From Chiloscyllium plagiosum (Eukaryota), in contig NC_057720.1 in assembly GCF_004010195.1 (NCBI RefSeq), positions 3,016,034-3,061,228 of the forward strand: a stretch of DNA of 45,195 bases, in the 5' to 3' direction. The number at the start of each line of letters is the position of its first letter. Position 1 is the first letter of the stretch. Below are positions 22,618 through 34,025 of the stretch, one piece after another. A program made the position numbers and the translations under genes. The notes beneath the pieces were generated by a model. The model saw only the letters and a program-made list of their open reading frames with translations, was not told the DNA's origin and did not search any database.

Positions 22618-22844
22618 AGGAGAAAATGCTGGAAAATCTCAGCAGGTCTGGCAGCATCTGTAAGGAGAGAAAAGAGCTGACGTTCGAGTCTCAACTGACC
22701 CTTTGTCAGAGCTGACAAAGGGTCAGTTAGACTCGAAACGTCAGCTCTTTTCTCTCCTTACAGATGTTGCCAGACCTGCTGAGATTGTCCAGCTTTTTCT
22801 CTTTTGGTTTCAGATTCCAGCATCCGCAGTAATTTGCTTTTATC
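22618..22844. mobile_element. Fold-back Penelope-derived element, third variant
   Basis: About 90-bp inverted arms centred on 22710-22711 (ctttgtcag-ag-ctgacaaag); core reads CTGACAA-a-gggtc-agtta-gactc-GAAA-CGTC. Confidence 0.85.
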
Positions 22845-23289
22845 AAGAGCTTTTGTCTGTTTGAGATGTGACCAGGTGCTGCACTCGCTCAATATGTTTT
22901 CTTGCAAGGAGCAAGTTGGGTTTCGTTTCAGACCCTGGAGATTCTGTGCCAGAATCAACAAATCTCACATGTCGAGTTATGTGTTTTCTTAGACTTCTAT
23001 ATGCAAATAACCCACTGCCCTTTTCAAAAGTTCCTGTCAGGGCAAGATTTCAGCAAGTGTCGTTGTTGAGAGGATTGATCTACAATTTCAACATCGTTGG
23101 TCAATGGAAACAGCTAAATGCAAAGTCCTTAATGGACAGCCGAATAAAATATTTATTCATTACAGAGAGATCATCATTTTAAGCTCATCAATAAATTCAA
23201 CTGGGAATTCAGGTGATATTTCTTCACCTGGAGATAGGGACAGTATTGAGCTCACTCCCACAGGAGGGAGTGTTTGGGGTGACTCTTGC

Positions 23290-23510
23290 CAATCTGTGTG
23301 GAATGCTCTGCCCCAGAGGGCAGTGGAGGCCCAGTCTCTGGATTCATTTAAGAAGGAGTTGGATAGAGCTCTCAAAGATAGTGGAATCAAGGGTTATGGA
23401 GATAAGGCAGGAAGAGAATACTGATTAGGAATGATCAGCCATGATCATATTGAATGGCGGTGCAGGCTCGAAGGGCTGAATGGCCTACTCCTGCACCAAT
23501 TGTCTATTGT
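23290..23510 (+). mobile_element. CR1 LINE 3' end
   Basis: VWNALPQRAVEAQSLDSFKKELDRAL... and gaagggctgaatggcctactcctgcacc tail. Confidence 0.85.
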
Positions 23511-23702
23511 GTCAGTTGAGAGCTGGATCAATACACGAGGGAGAAAGGAATTGAAGGATCTGGTGTTTAGCTGAAAGGTGGGAGGACATCCAGCATGACT
23601 CAGTTGGGCCGAATGGCATGTTTCTATCCTGAAATATTCCACGTCAGAGCAGGGTAAGTGCTTCGGAAACTGAAGATTCATTTCTATTTCTTTCTTTTTC
23701 AG

Positions 23703-23783
23703 GGTGCCGAGCATCAAGACCTTGCAAGAGGTACTGAGAAAGTACGTTGACCCGGTAGAGGCTGACCCAGTCATCAGACAGAA
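23703..23783 (+). CDS. ZNHIT6: ZNHIT6 exon 7
   Basis: tttctttttcAG|G; (R)VPSIKTLQEVLRKYVDPVEADPVIRQ(K); donor AA|GTATGT; matches VPDDKTINEILKPYIDPEKSDPVIRQR. Confidence 0.94.
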
Positions 23784-24402
23784 GTATGTCCACAGCTTTG
23801 CTAAACGTTGTTCTTGAAGCTGAGACATTGCAGCTTTTTCCTATTCTGATCCGGAACGGTACGGTGCTGCCTTCTTACATTTCAGGAGATTCTTGTTCAA
23901 GTCCACATGCTGCTGGTGGGCTTCAGGAGATAGAATCTGATTTTAATTTTGCATTATTTGTGTTTAAATAGATACAAGTGTGGGGCATTAATGACAGTTT
24001 GCCTTCAGCATGACTATGTGGCACACACGTAAAGCATCAAACTCAGGATTTGAACGTTAAACTTTCTAATACGGTCAGGGCCCATGGGAACATAGTAATG
24101 GGAGGAGGCCATTCAGCCTCTTAAGCCTGTACGCCAACCAATGAGATCATGGCTAATCTGTGGCCAAACTCCATATACCTGTTTTTGACCCATAGCCCTT
24201 AATATCTTTGCTTCACAAAAATTATCCATCTGAATTTAAAATTAACAACTGATCCAGCACCCTCTCTTCTCTCTCTCACATGCTCGCTGTCCTGCTCGCG
24301 CACTTTCTCCACAGAGGCTGCCTGAGCTTCATGGTATTTTTTTGTGATTTTCCAGTACTCAGTGCCTGATGCTGGGTTCCTGCCCTCTGTTGTATTTTAC
24401 AG

Positions 24403-24483
24403 GCTGAAGGTTTATACGATGGTTTCTCTCAGTGAATTAAGAATCTTGATGAAGGTGGAGAATCGGAAACATAACTCTGTCCG
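24403..24483 (+). CDS. ZNHIT6: ZNHIT6 exon 8
   Basis: tgtattttacAG|G; (K)LKVYTMVSLSELRILMKVENRKHNSV(R); donor CG|GTAAGA; matches LKAY...ILMKIE...NLVR; phases 2/2 consistent. Confidence 0.92.
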
Positions 24484-24544
24484 GTAAGAGCAGAACAGAC
24501 CATTGACTGGTTGGATTTTACTGACACACAGTCACAGAATGGTT

Positions 24545-25065
24545 ACATAGAACATTACAGCGCAGTACAGGCCCTTCGGCCCTCAAAGTTGCGCCCACCT
24601 ATGAAACCAATCTGAAGCCCATCTAATCTACACTATTCCATTCTCCTTGTTATGTTTATCCAATGCCCATTTAAATGCCCTTAAAGTTGGCAAGTCTATG
24701 ACTGTTACAGGCAGTGCATTCCACACCCCTACTACTCTCTGAGTAAAGAAGCTATCCCTGATGTCTGTCCTATATCTATCACCCCTCAATTTAAAGCTAT
24801 GGCCCCTCGTGCGAGCTATCACCATCCAAGGAAAAACGCTCTCACTGTCCACTCTATCTAATCCTCTGATGATCTTATATGTCTCTATTAAGTCATCTCT
24901 TACCCTTATTCTCGCTAACGAAAACAGCCACAAGTCCCTCAGCCTTTCCTCATAAGACCATCCCTCCATGCCAGGTAACATCCTAGTAAATCTCTTCTGC
25001 ACCTTTCCAATGCTCCCATATCCTTCTTTTAATGCGGTGACCAGAACTGTATGCAATACTGTACA
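24545..25065 (-). mobile_element. CR1 LINE 3' end
   Basis: ORF 24628-25077 KVQKRFTRMLPGMEGWSYEERLRDL... Confidence 0.9.
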
Positions 25066-25209
25066 GCTGATGGCCATTCAGACTGTGACTCCATACTAGC
25101 TCTCTGCACAAACACCTCCACTGGTCTCACTCCTCTGCCATTTCCCAGCGCACTGCAATTGTTTTTATTTCAGATCAGTGGAACCTGTGTCTGAATCAAC
25201 CTCCAGACC

Positions 25210-25610
25210 CCCTCCCCATGTCTACCCTTATCTCCCTACCCGTGTCTATCCTCAGCACCCTGCCCATGTCTACCCTCAGCACCCTCCCCATGTCTACCCT
25301 TAGCACCCTCCCCATATCTACCCTCAGCACCCTCCCCATGTCTACCCTCAGCTCCCACCCCATGTCTACCCTCAGCACACTCCCCATGTCTACCCTCAGC
25401 TCCCTCCCCATATCTATCCTCATCTTCCTCCCCATGTCTACCCTCAGTTCCCTCCCCGTGTCTGCTATCAGCTCCCTCCCCGTGTCTACCCTCAGTTCCC
25501 TCCCCGTGTCTGCTATCAGCTCCCTCCCCGTGTCTACCCTCAGTTCCCTCCCCGTGTCTGCTATCAGCTCCCTCCCCGTGTCTACCCTCAGCTCCCTCCC
25601 CGTGTCTGCC
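25210..25610. repeat. Minisatellite, 24-bp unit, about 16-17 copies
   Basis: ctccccatgtctaccctcagcacc and variants; the 3' part alternates two unit types. Confidence 0.92.
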
Positions 25611-25774
25611 ATTGGCGCAGGCAGGTGTTCACATTGAGTAAGGTGTCCCTGGCGAATCTTCGTCATTTGTGACACTGAATCGGGCCATTTGCCGACAGAG
25701 TCTATCCCAATCCCTTATTTAATCCAGAACCCTCCAACTTTATTTCCTTCAAGCGTCCCTCCCTTGTGCTGAAA

Positions 25775-26260
25775 CCTTGCCTGGATGGGGGCAGTTCCAA
25801 CAACACTCAAGAAGCTTGACACCATCCAGCACAAAGCAACCGTTTGATTGGCACCACATCCACTCCCTCCACCACCGATGCTCAGTGACTGCAGTGTGTA
25901 CCATCTACAAGATGCACTGCAGAAACTCACTAAAGATCCTCAGACAACACCTTCCAAACCCACAACCACTTCCATCTAGAAAGACAAGGGCAGCAGATAC
26001 ATGGGAACACCACCCCCTGCACATTCCCCTCCAAGCCACTCACCATCCTGACATGGAAATATATCGCCATTCCTTCACTGTCACTGGGTCAAAATCCTGG
26101 AATTCCATCCCTGAGGGCATTGTGGGGCTACCATGGACTGCAGCGGTTTCAGAAGGCAGCTCTCCCCCACCTTCTCAAGGGGCAACTAGTGACGGGCAAT
26201 AAATGCTGGGCCCAGCCAGTGTCACCCACGTTCCACAAAATGAATAAACAAATAAATAAA
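25775..26260 (+). mobile_element. L2-type LINE 3' end
   Basis: ...KKLDTIQHKA...SLHHRCSVTAVCTIYKMHCRNS...GSKSWNSIP and tail gggcaataaatgctgggcccagccagtg; further tails at about 32680-32820 and 34245-34370. Confidence 0.75.
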
Positions 26261-26879
26261 TCAAGGTGTTTAAAATCCCCATAGAGTCAATCAGGAGAGA
26301 TTGTTTCCAGGGGCAGGAGGGTGAGGGAGCAGAGGGAGACAGATTCAAGGGAATCGGGGAAAAGCCCCAGACGGGGAGGTGAGGGGGATTGTTTTACATA
26401 GTGAGTTGTTGGGATCTGGAAGGTGCTGCCTGAAAGGGCGGTGGGAACAGATTCAGTCGGAACTTTCACACAGGAACCAGAGGATACAGGGATTGGAGAC
26501 TTTCACAGTGCGGTTAGGTTGGGGTGTTGGAGGTTGAACAGATGTTTTACTGAGCAAGCACAGGTACAATGGAAGGAAAGGCCTCTTTTACATCCAGATG
26601 ATTCTACAAATGAATCATCGAGCTAACGGAGGCTTTGGGAATGCTGTGTGTAACATGGTTGAGATGTTGTCCTTGTGGGTCAGGGCCAAGTGTGGATTTC
26701 AATGAGAGCGACTTACCCTTGAGCCAAAGAGACAAACCCTGAAGCCCTCCCTGGGGGTCTGTGGGAGGTGGTCCCTGCCATGACATAAACTGCATTTCGT
26801 TTTGTGTTGGTGCTGCTGGGATTCTGTTAGAACATTCAGGAGGTTATGGTGGGAAATGGGCAAGAGGTATCACCTCATC

Positions 26880-27112
26880 CACAGCGTGGGGCTCCAGCAG
26901 AGCTCAGCGTAGGGCTCCAGCAGAGCTCAGCACGGGGCTCCAGCAGAGCTCAGCGTGGGGCACCAGCAGAGCTCAGCGTGGGGCTCCAGCAGAGCTCAGC
27001 GTGGGGCTCCAGCAAAGCTCAGCGTGGGGCTCCAGCAAAGCTCAGCGTGGGGCACCAGCAGAGCTCAGCGTGGGGCTCCAGCAAAGCTCAGCACGAGGCT
27101 CCAGCAGAGCTC
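26880..27112. repeat. Minisatellite, 23-bp unit, about 10 copies
   Basis: cagcgtggggctccagcagagct repeats. Confidence 0.92.
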
Positions 27113-27264
27113 ATCTCAAATCACATTCTCACTCCAGCAGCTCCCGTACATTAATCCACACGGGGCATAGGCTAAGCAGCAGGAGATAGTGCTGGGTCAG
27201 TGAGAATTGGGACTGACTGGGTACAGCACTACACTCTGATTTGAGCTCAGAGTCCAGACACATG

Positions 27265-27730
27265 GAGGGTCAGTGCTGAAGGAGTGTCGCACTGTCAGAG
27301 GGTCAGTACTGAGAGAGTGCCCCACTGTCAGAGGGTCAGTACTGAGGGAGTGCTGCACTGTCAGAGGGTCAGTGCTGAGGGAGTGCGGCACTGTTAAAGG
27401 GTCAGTACTGAGGGACTGCCGCACTGTCAGAAGATCAGTGCTGAGGCACTGCTGCACTGTCAGAGGGTCAGTACTGAGGGACTGCTGCACTCTCAGAAGG
27501 TCATTGCTGAGGGAGTGCTGCACTGTCAGAGGGTCAGTACTGAGGGAGTGCCCCACTGTCAGAGGGTCAGTACTGAGGGAATGCTGCCCTGTCAGAGGCT
27601 CAGTACTGAGGGAGTGCTGCCCTGTCAGAGGGTCAGTACTGAGGGAATGCTGCCCTGTCAGAGGGTCAGTATTGAGGGAGTGCCGCACTGTCAGAGGGTC
27701 AGTACTGAGGGAGTGCCGCACTGTCAGAGG
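27265..27730. repeat. Minisatellite, 33-bp unit, about 14 copies
   Basis: agggtcagtactgagggagtgctgcactgtcag repeats. Confidence 0.93.
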
Positions 27731-29710
27731 ATCTGTACCCAGTTTCTGGTTGAAGTCCATTTTGCAGGTTGCTGTATCTTGTAATCTCAGGCAGTTCCCT
27801 CCAGCATCTCTACAACCTGTTAACATTTCGTTGCCTACCACTTTAACAATCGTTTCCATTTTCTAAAGAACCAGAGCTTCCCTTGGTGTGAGCCGTTGAC
27901 TGTTTGTGGGCTCGGAGACTGTGACTTGAAATCCATTAGCAGTTAGTCCTCGGACCTTTGTCAGTTTCATTCCCACCAGCTGGAGCTGCAGCCTTGGCAC
28001 CAACAGAGGTCACCAGTGAGCCACAAAGCCGAGTCCCTTCACCTTACCTGGTCTTGCTGTGTTAATGATCAGGAACCTCTATTTTCCTTAAAGACAGTTT
28101 GTTGAAAGGGTGGAGCAGGTTATCTTCATGAAATACCTTAATCGACCACTCCAAAGTGAGCACTTTTTTCATGTTCTGCTTATGACTGAACTGGATGTGG
28201 AGCTGAATTTGCAGACTTTCTCAAATTTCTGAGGATTCTCCCAGATTCATATTCCAGATATGGGATTCAATCTGAGATCTTGGATTTAAAACTGTTGGGA
28301 AAAGATGGAGAGAGAAGGGGAAGATATTTCTCCCACTCAGAGTTGCTCTGAAACTGTAACAGAAAGTGAGTGTTGGGTAGCTCTCTTTCACTGAGATATC
28401 ATCAACTTGATGGAGTGAATGGCCTCTTCTCATGTGATCCTATGGAAGCAAAAGAATCAATGTATTTAAAATGGTTGTTAGATTCTTGATGCTGCTATGA
28501 TCTCATTTACTGGTAGAGGTATTCCAGCTGAGTTGTGGTAATGTCTTTGGGCAAGTAATCCAGAGAGCCTGGATAAATTTTTGGGGACTTGGGTTCAAAA
28601 TTGAAGATAAATTACTTTGAATAAATGTGGAATTGTGATTCAATGGTGATAAATCTCCCCTGGTTCACTAATGTCCTTCAGAGAAGGAAATCTGCTGTCC
28701 TTACCTGGCCTGGCCTACATGTGACTCCAAACCCACAGCGATGTGGTAGACTCTGAACTGGCTGATCAAGCTGCTCCATTGTAAGGTCGTTCGGGGGGTG
28801 GGGACAGGGAGCTGTTTATTTCCCAAGCTGTGGATCTGACCATCCCAGTTGCAGACCGTCTTGTGGCAGAGTCAGTCGAAGTGAGGCTGGAAAAGCACAG
28901 CAGGTCAGACAGCACCCGAGGGGCAGGGAAGTCACCGTTTTGGGCAGGGTGCTGTCTGATCTGTGTGTCATAACAACACATCCCCCAGAAGATTAAAGGA
29001 GTGAAAGTTGTTTTCTGCTGGTGCACAGGAAGATCCCACAGGCAGTGGTGTGACAATGAGCACCTTGGCTTTTAGCTGTTGGCTCCCGGGATGAGGAATT
29101 GGTCTGGAGCTTCGGAAGTGAAGGGAAATGGGTGGTATCGATGGTTGTGGGGGAAGAGGGGAGATGGTGGGGAGGAGGGGAGAAGATGGGGGGGTGGGGG
29201 AAGGAGAAATGGTAGGGGGAGGGGTGAGGGTGGTGCTGAAGGGGGAATATGTGCAGTTTTCATAAACATTTTTCATTCTTTTAATTCACGGGACGTGGGT
29301 GTCACTGGCTAGGCCAGCATTTATTGCCCATCCCTAATTGCCCCAGAGGGCAGTTGATAGTCAACCCCATTGCTGTGGGTCTGGAGTCACATGTAGGCCA
29401 GACCAGGTAAGGATTGCAGTTTCCTTCCCTGAAAGACATTAGTGAACCAGATGGATATTCTCAGGAATGGATTCATAATAATGTTAGATTCTTAATTCCA
29501 GATTTTTATTAAATTCAAATTCCACCATCGACAGTGACAAGGTTTGAACCCAGGTCCCCAGAACATTACCTGGGTCTCGGGATTAACAGCCCTGTGATAA
29601 TACCACTCGGCCATCGCCCTCTCTCAAAGTGAGGTTGGTGACAGCTCTGTCAGTCCGTGTGAGGGGGGGAAGCACTGCAGTTTTGCAGGGTCCTGTCTTC
29701 ACCTCACCTC

Positions 29711-29810
29711 AGCTCTGATGAAGAGCCACTCAGAACCGAAACGTTAGCTTGCTGTCTCTCCGTGGATGCTGCCTGACCCGCTGTGGTCTCTAGCATTTGT
29801 TGTTTCCAGT
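29711..29810 (+). mobile_element. Penelope terminal repeat fragment with hammerhead motif
   Basis: agct-CTGATGA-...-GAAA-CGTT-agct (29711-29749): 4-bp stem I and core intact, stem II degenerate; followed by gatgctgcctgacccgctg. Confidence 0.7.
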
Positions 29811-30884
29811 CCTCCGTGTTCCTCCCTGATTTCTGCAGAGCTTTGTTCATTCCCTGTCCCGCCCAGCAGGGGCTGCCAGCGAGCTGTCAGCAAGGTGCAG
29901 TGTCCGGGTACATTAAAGGCAGACCCTTGGTTTGCTGTCTCAGTGCGCACTGAGATTTCTCAATGACCCTGAGATCACAGCTGTTGGATTTGTTATTTGA
30001 TCCTGGTCATCAAAGGAAGAGGTGTTTTTTTTAAATGGGAGGCACAGACCTTTGAGAATAACTCGTGGATTTTAGGAAACTTTTTACTGCATTTTTCATT
30101 ATTACAGCAGAGACATTTAACTAACGTTGAAATACTGGCCTTTAGTGTGATCAAACATCAGTTTGAAGGAGCGTTTGTCATGCGTCATTTGACACTGAGC
30201 TACAGAGGTTTGATTGTAGGGGTTAGTTTGAAGGAGTTTCTCAAAGATGGGGGTAAGACGGATTTAGAGAGGGGATTTAGGAGCTTAGGCCCCACGCAGG
30301 TGACTAATGGTAATCACAACTGGGGATGGGCAAGAGACGAAGAATTGAGGGAATGTTGGCAAGGATGGGGGAGCTGGAGGAAATTCCAGAGGTAGAGAGC
30401 GGTGTAATGTCAACAATTACGAGGGTTTCTATCGGAACAGGACCAGGCCAGGTAACCACAGGCAGGATGTTCCCAATGACTCCGGGATTCCGGAATTGGA
30501 GGGGTCATGGTCTAAGGATAAGGGGTAGGCCATTTCAAACTGAGATGGGGAGAAATGTCTTCACCCAGAGAGTGGGGAGCCTGTGGAACTCTGCCACAGA
30601 AACCAATTGAGGTCAAAACATTGGATGTTTTCCTGAAGGAGATAAATTCTTAGGGTTAAAGAGATCAAAGGATATGGGGGAGAACATGGGAACATGGGAC
30701 TGAGTTGGATGAGCAGCCATGATGATATTGAATGGCCTCCTCCTGTCCCTGTTTGAATTATATTGAAATTGTAGTAAACCAGCGCAGATATTGCACTGGG
30801 GATAAAGCAGGAATGTGCATAATGTACATATGAACATCACAGAGACGGGAAAACCAGTTTCTCATTAGTAATGGCAGTTTTAAA

Positions 30885-32422
30885 CAAACAAGATGAGAGT
30901 AAACCGGTTGATGTGGTGTATATGGATTTCAGCAAGGCATTCGATAAGGTTCCCCACAGTAGGCTATTGTACAAAATACGGAGGAATGGGATTGTGGGAG
31001 ATATAGCAGTTTGATCAGTAGTTGACTTGCTGAAAGAAAACAGAGGGTGGTGGTTGATGGGAAATGTTCATCCTGGAGTCCAGTTATTAGTGGTGTACCG
31101 CAAGGGTTGGTGTTGGGTCCACTGCTGTTCGTCATTTTTATAAACGACCTTGATGAGGGCGTAGGAGGGTGGGTTAGTAAATTTGCAGATGACACTAAGG
31201 TAGGTGGAGTTGTGGATAGTGACGAAGGACGTTATCGGTTACAGAGAGACATAGATAAGCTGCAGAGCTGGGCTGAGAGGTGGCAAATGGAGTTTAATGC
31301 GGACAAGTGTGAGGTGATTCACTTTGGTCGGAGTAACCGGAATGCAAAGTACTGGGCTAATGGTAAGATTCTTGGTAGTGTAGATGAGCAGAGAGATCTC
31401 GGTGTCCAGGTACACAGATCCTTGAAAGTTGCCACCCAGTTTAATAGGGTTGTTAAGAAGGCATACAGTGTTTTAGCTTTTACTAATAGAGGGATTGAGT
31501 TCCAGAACCATGAGGTAATACTACAGCTGTATAAAACCCTAGTGCGGCCGCACTTGGAGTATTGTGTACAGTTCTGGTCACCGCATTATAAGAAGGATGT
31601 AGAAGCTTTGGAAAGGGTGCAGAGGAGATTTACTAAGATGTTGCCTGGTATGGAGGGAAGGTCTTATGTGGAAAGGCTGAGGGACTTGAGGCTGTTTTCG
31701 TTAGAGAGAAGAAGATTGAGAGGTGACTTAATAGAGACATATAAGATACTCAGAGGGTTAGATAGGGTGGACAGGGAGAGCCTTTTTCCAAGTATGGTGA
31801 CGGCATAGCTTTAAATTGAGTGGTGATAGATAGAGGACAGATGTCAGAGGTAGTTTCTTTACTCAGAGAGTAGTAAGGGTATGGAATGCTTTGCCTGCAA
31901 CAGTAGTAGATTCGCCAACTTTAAGTACATTTAAGTTTAGATTAGATTACATTACAGTGTGGAAACAGGCCCTTCGGCCCAACAAGTCCACACCGACCCG
32001 CAGAAGCGAAACCCACCCATACCCCTACACTTACCCCTTACCTAACACTACGGGCAATTTAGTATGGCCAATTCACCTGACCCTGCACATCTTTGGACTG
32101 TGGGAGGAAACCGGAGCACCCGGAGGAAACCCACGCAGACACGGGGAGAACGTGCAAACTCCACACAGTCAGTCGCCTGAGGCGGGAATTGAACCCGGGT
32201 CTCTGGCGCTGTGAGGCAGCAGTGCTAACCACTGTGCCACCGTGCCGCCCACTTTGAATGGCTTGCCAGGTCAATTCAGAAGGCATTGGACAAGTTGTCA
32301 TTGGACAAGCATATGGACGTACGTGGAATAGTGTAGGTTAGATGGGCTTCAGATTGGTATGACAGGTCGGCGCAACATCGAGGGCCGAAGGCCTGTACTG
32401 CACTGTAATGTTCTATGTTCTA
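30885..32422 (+). mobile_element. CR1 LINE, RT domain to 3' end, with nested V-SINE
   Basis: ORF 31047-31808: [22 protein letters not shown]...SKFADDTK...WQMEFNADKCEVIHFG...LVRPHLEYCVQFWSP; 5'-truncated and frameshifted; 3' tail ends atgttctatgttcta. Confidence 0.95.
31936..32250 (-). mobile_element. HE1-like V-SINE nested in CR1
   Basis: Complete head, V-domain and tail ending in (tctaa)n; appears young. Confidence 0.92.
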
Positions 32423-33687
32423 AAAGTGGGTAAGGAGGTGTAGGTCATTTGGCCCATTGTGCTAGCCCCATCTTCAGTAAGGTCCTGGGTCGATTGGATT
32501 GTGATCTCAATGCCATATTCCAATTTGTTGCCCTGTCAATTGGAAATCTTGAATGAGTCAACCTTGAATGTGCTGAATGACCCTCCATGGCTCTCTGGGG
32601 AAGAGAGTTCCACAGCCTCACTCCCAATGCAGCATTTCCCCTTCCTGCTCCTTCCAGCAATCCCTCCAGGTAACTGAGATCCTGGAATCCCCTACTCGCA
32701 GCACATGGACTGCCGCGGTTCAAGAAGGCAGCTCACCCCCACCTTTTCAAGGGGCAACTAGGGACGGGCAGTAAATGCTGGGCCCAGCCAGTGACACCCA
32801 CATCCCATGAACAAAATTTTAAACCACCTTGGGATCTCCTGAGTGTGGTAGACAAACCAGGGCCAGTAAAGTGGAGGGAATATTCTGGGGAATTTCCTCT
32901 CGAATCTCGTCCTAGATTCCGTGTTTAATCCAGTGAGACCTGTCTGACCCCCTGCTAAGGTGCTCTGTCTCGCTCAGATTCCGGAATTGGGGAATCTGTA
33001 GGCAGCACATTCCAAAGCTGCATTTCATTTTGTTAATGTTTCAATGTTTGTGAATACTGACCTGCCTGATCCACAGATCCTATTGCCATATCCGTTTCGC
33101 AGACTTTGTGATTACATTTGGTTTCCTTCCCTCTTTTTTTTTCTTGAATAGAAAAAATGTCAGTCTGTGCATTTTTGTTTGATGAGTAAAGTGTGCCTTC
33201 AAGTTAGCATTCTCAATGTTGGTGACCTCATGAGTATGAAAGCGTTAGTCATTGCTTTCTGAGAATGTTATTTATCTAAATCACAGCTTCCAATTATCAG
33301 TGCAAGCCTATACAGAGCAGGAGATTTTAAAAACTGATCAGTGGAAACTGTACACCTTCTAAACTTCCTCAAATTGAGATAAGATGACAGTTGTTTCCAT
33401 TCCTTTAGAGTGTGGTCTGTCAGCTTCCATGACTATAGGTCTTTTTACAGAATCCTTTATCATGTGTATCATTATACTCAGCAAATGGAACACCAGGAAA
33501 CATTTTCTTCCTGATCAGTGATCCCACCTTGCTGATTGCCTGGCGTTCTGCACAGTAGGCTTATGGAAAATTGTTGTGTATTTGGGTAATCTCCAAAGTT
33601 CAGTGTTGAATGCATTTTAATTTGGAATTCGAATGATGGGGTAACAATGACCTAATGGTAGTATCACTAGACTATTAATCTGTAGAG

Positions 33688-34025
33688 TCTAGATTAGAGT
33701 GGTGCTGGAAAAGCCAGGAATGAAACACACTTATTAAACTCTGCCATTAGCCTGGAGAGATCTTTTGAGGGGGTCTTTGGACCCCCTCAAAGCAGGCCAG
33801 GCAGCATCCGAGGAGCAGGAAAATCGACATTTTGGGCAAAAGCCTTTCATCACCAGGGTGGAGAGATAAATAGGTGAGGGTGGGGAGAAAGTAGCAAAGA
33901 GTACAATAGGTGAATGGGGGTGGGGATGGAGGTGATAGGTCAGAGAGAGGAGGATGGAGCAGATAGGTGGGAAGGAGGATTGACAGGGTAGGACAGGTCA
34001 TGAGGATGGTGCTGAACTGGAAGGT
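33688..34025 (-). mobile_element. Penelope 3' terminal fragment inserted in a SINE
   Basis: agattagagtggtgctggaaaag...aatcgacattttgggcaaaagcctttcatca plus purine-rich segment; TSD tctgtagag at 33679-33687 and 34026-34034. Confidence 0.8.

Noticed and set aside
26880..27730. CRISPR-like appearance of regular 23-33 bp repeats
   Set aside because: Head-to-tail repeats without unique spacers, no cas genes, eukaryotic intron context.
25196..27866. Repetitive ORFs (DTGRELRV, STDPLTVRHSL, ECCTVRGSVLR, QRGAPAELSVGL)
   Set aside because: Translations of 24-, 33- and 23-bp minisatellites inside intron 8.
31047..31808. 253-aa reverse transcriptase ORF as a functional or domesticated gene
   Set aside because: 5'-truncated, frameshifted CR1 ORF2 fragment similar to other decayed copies in the window.
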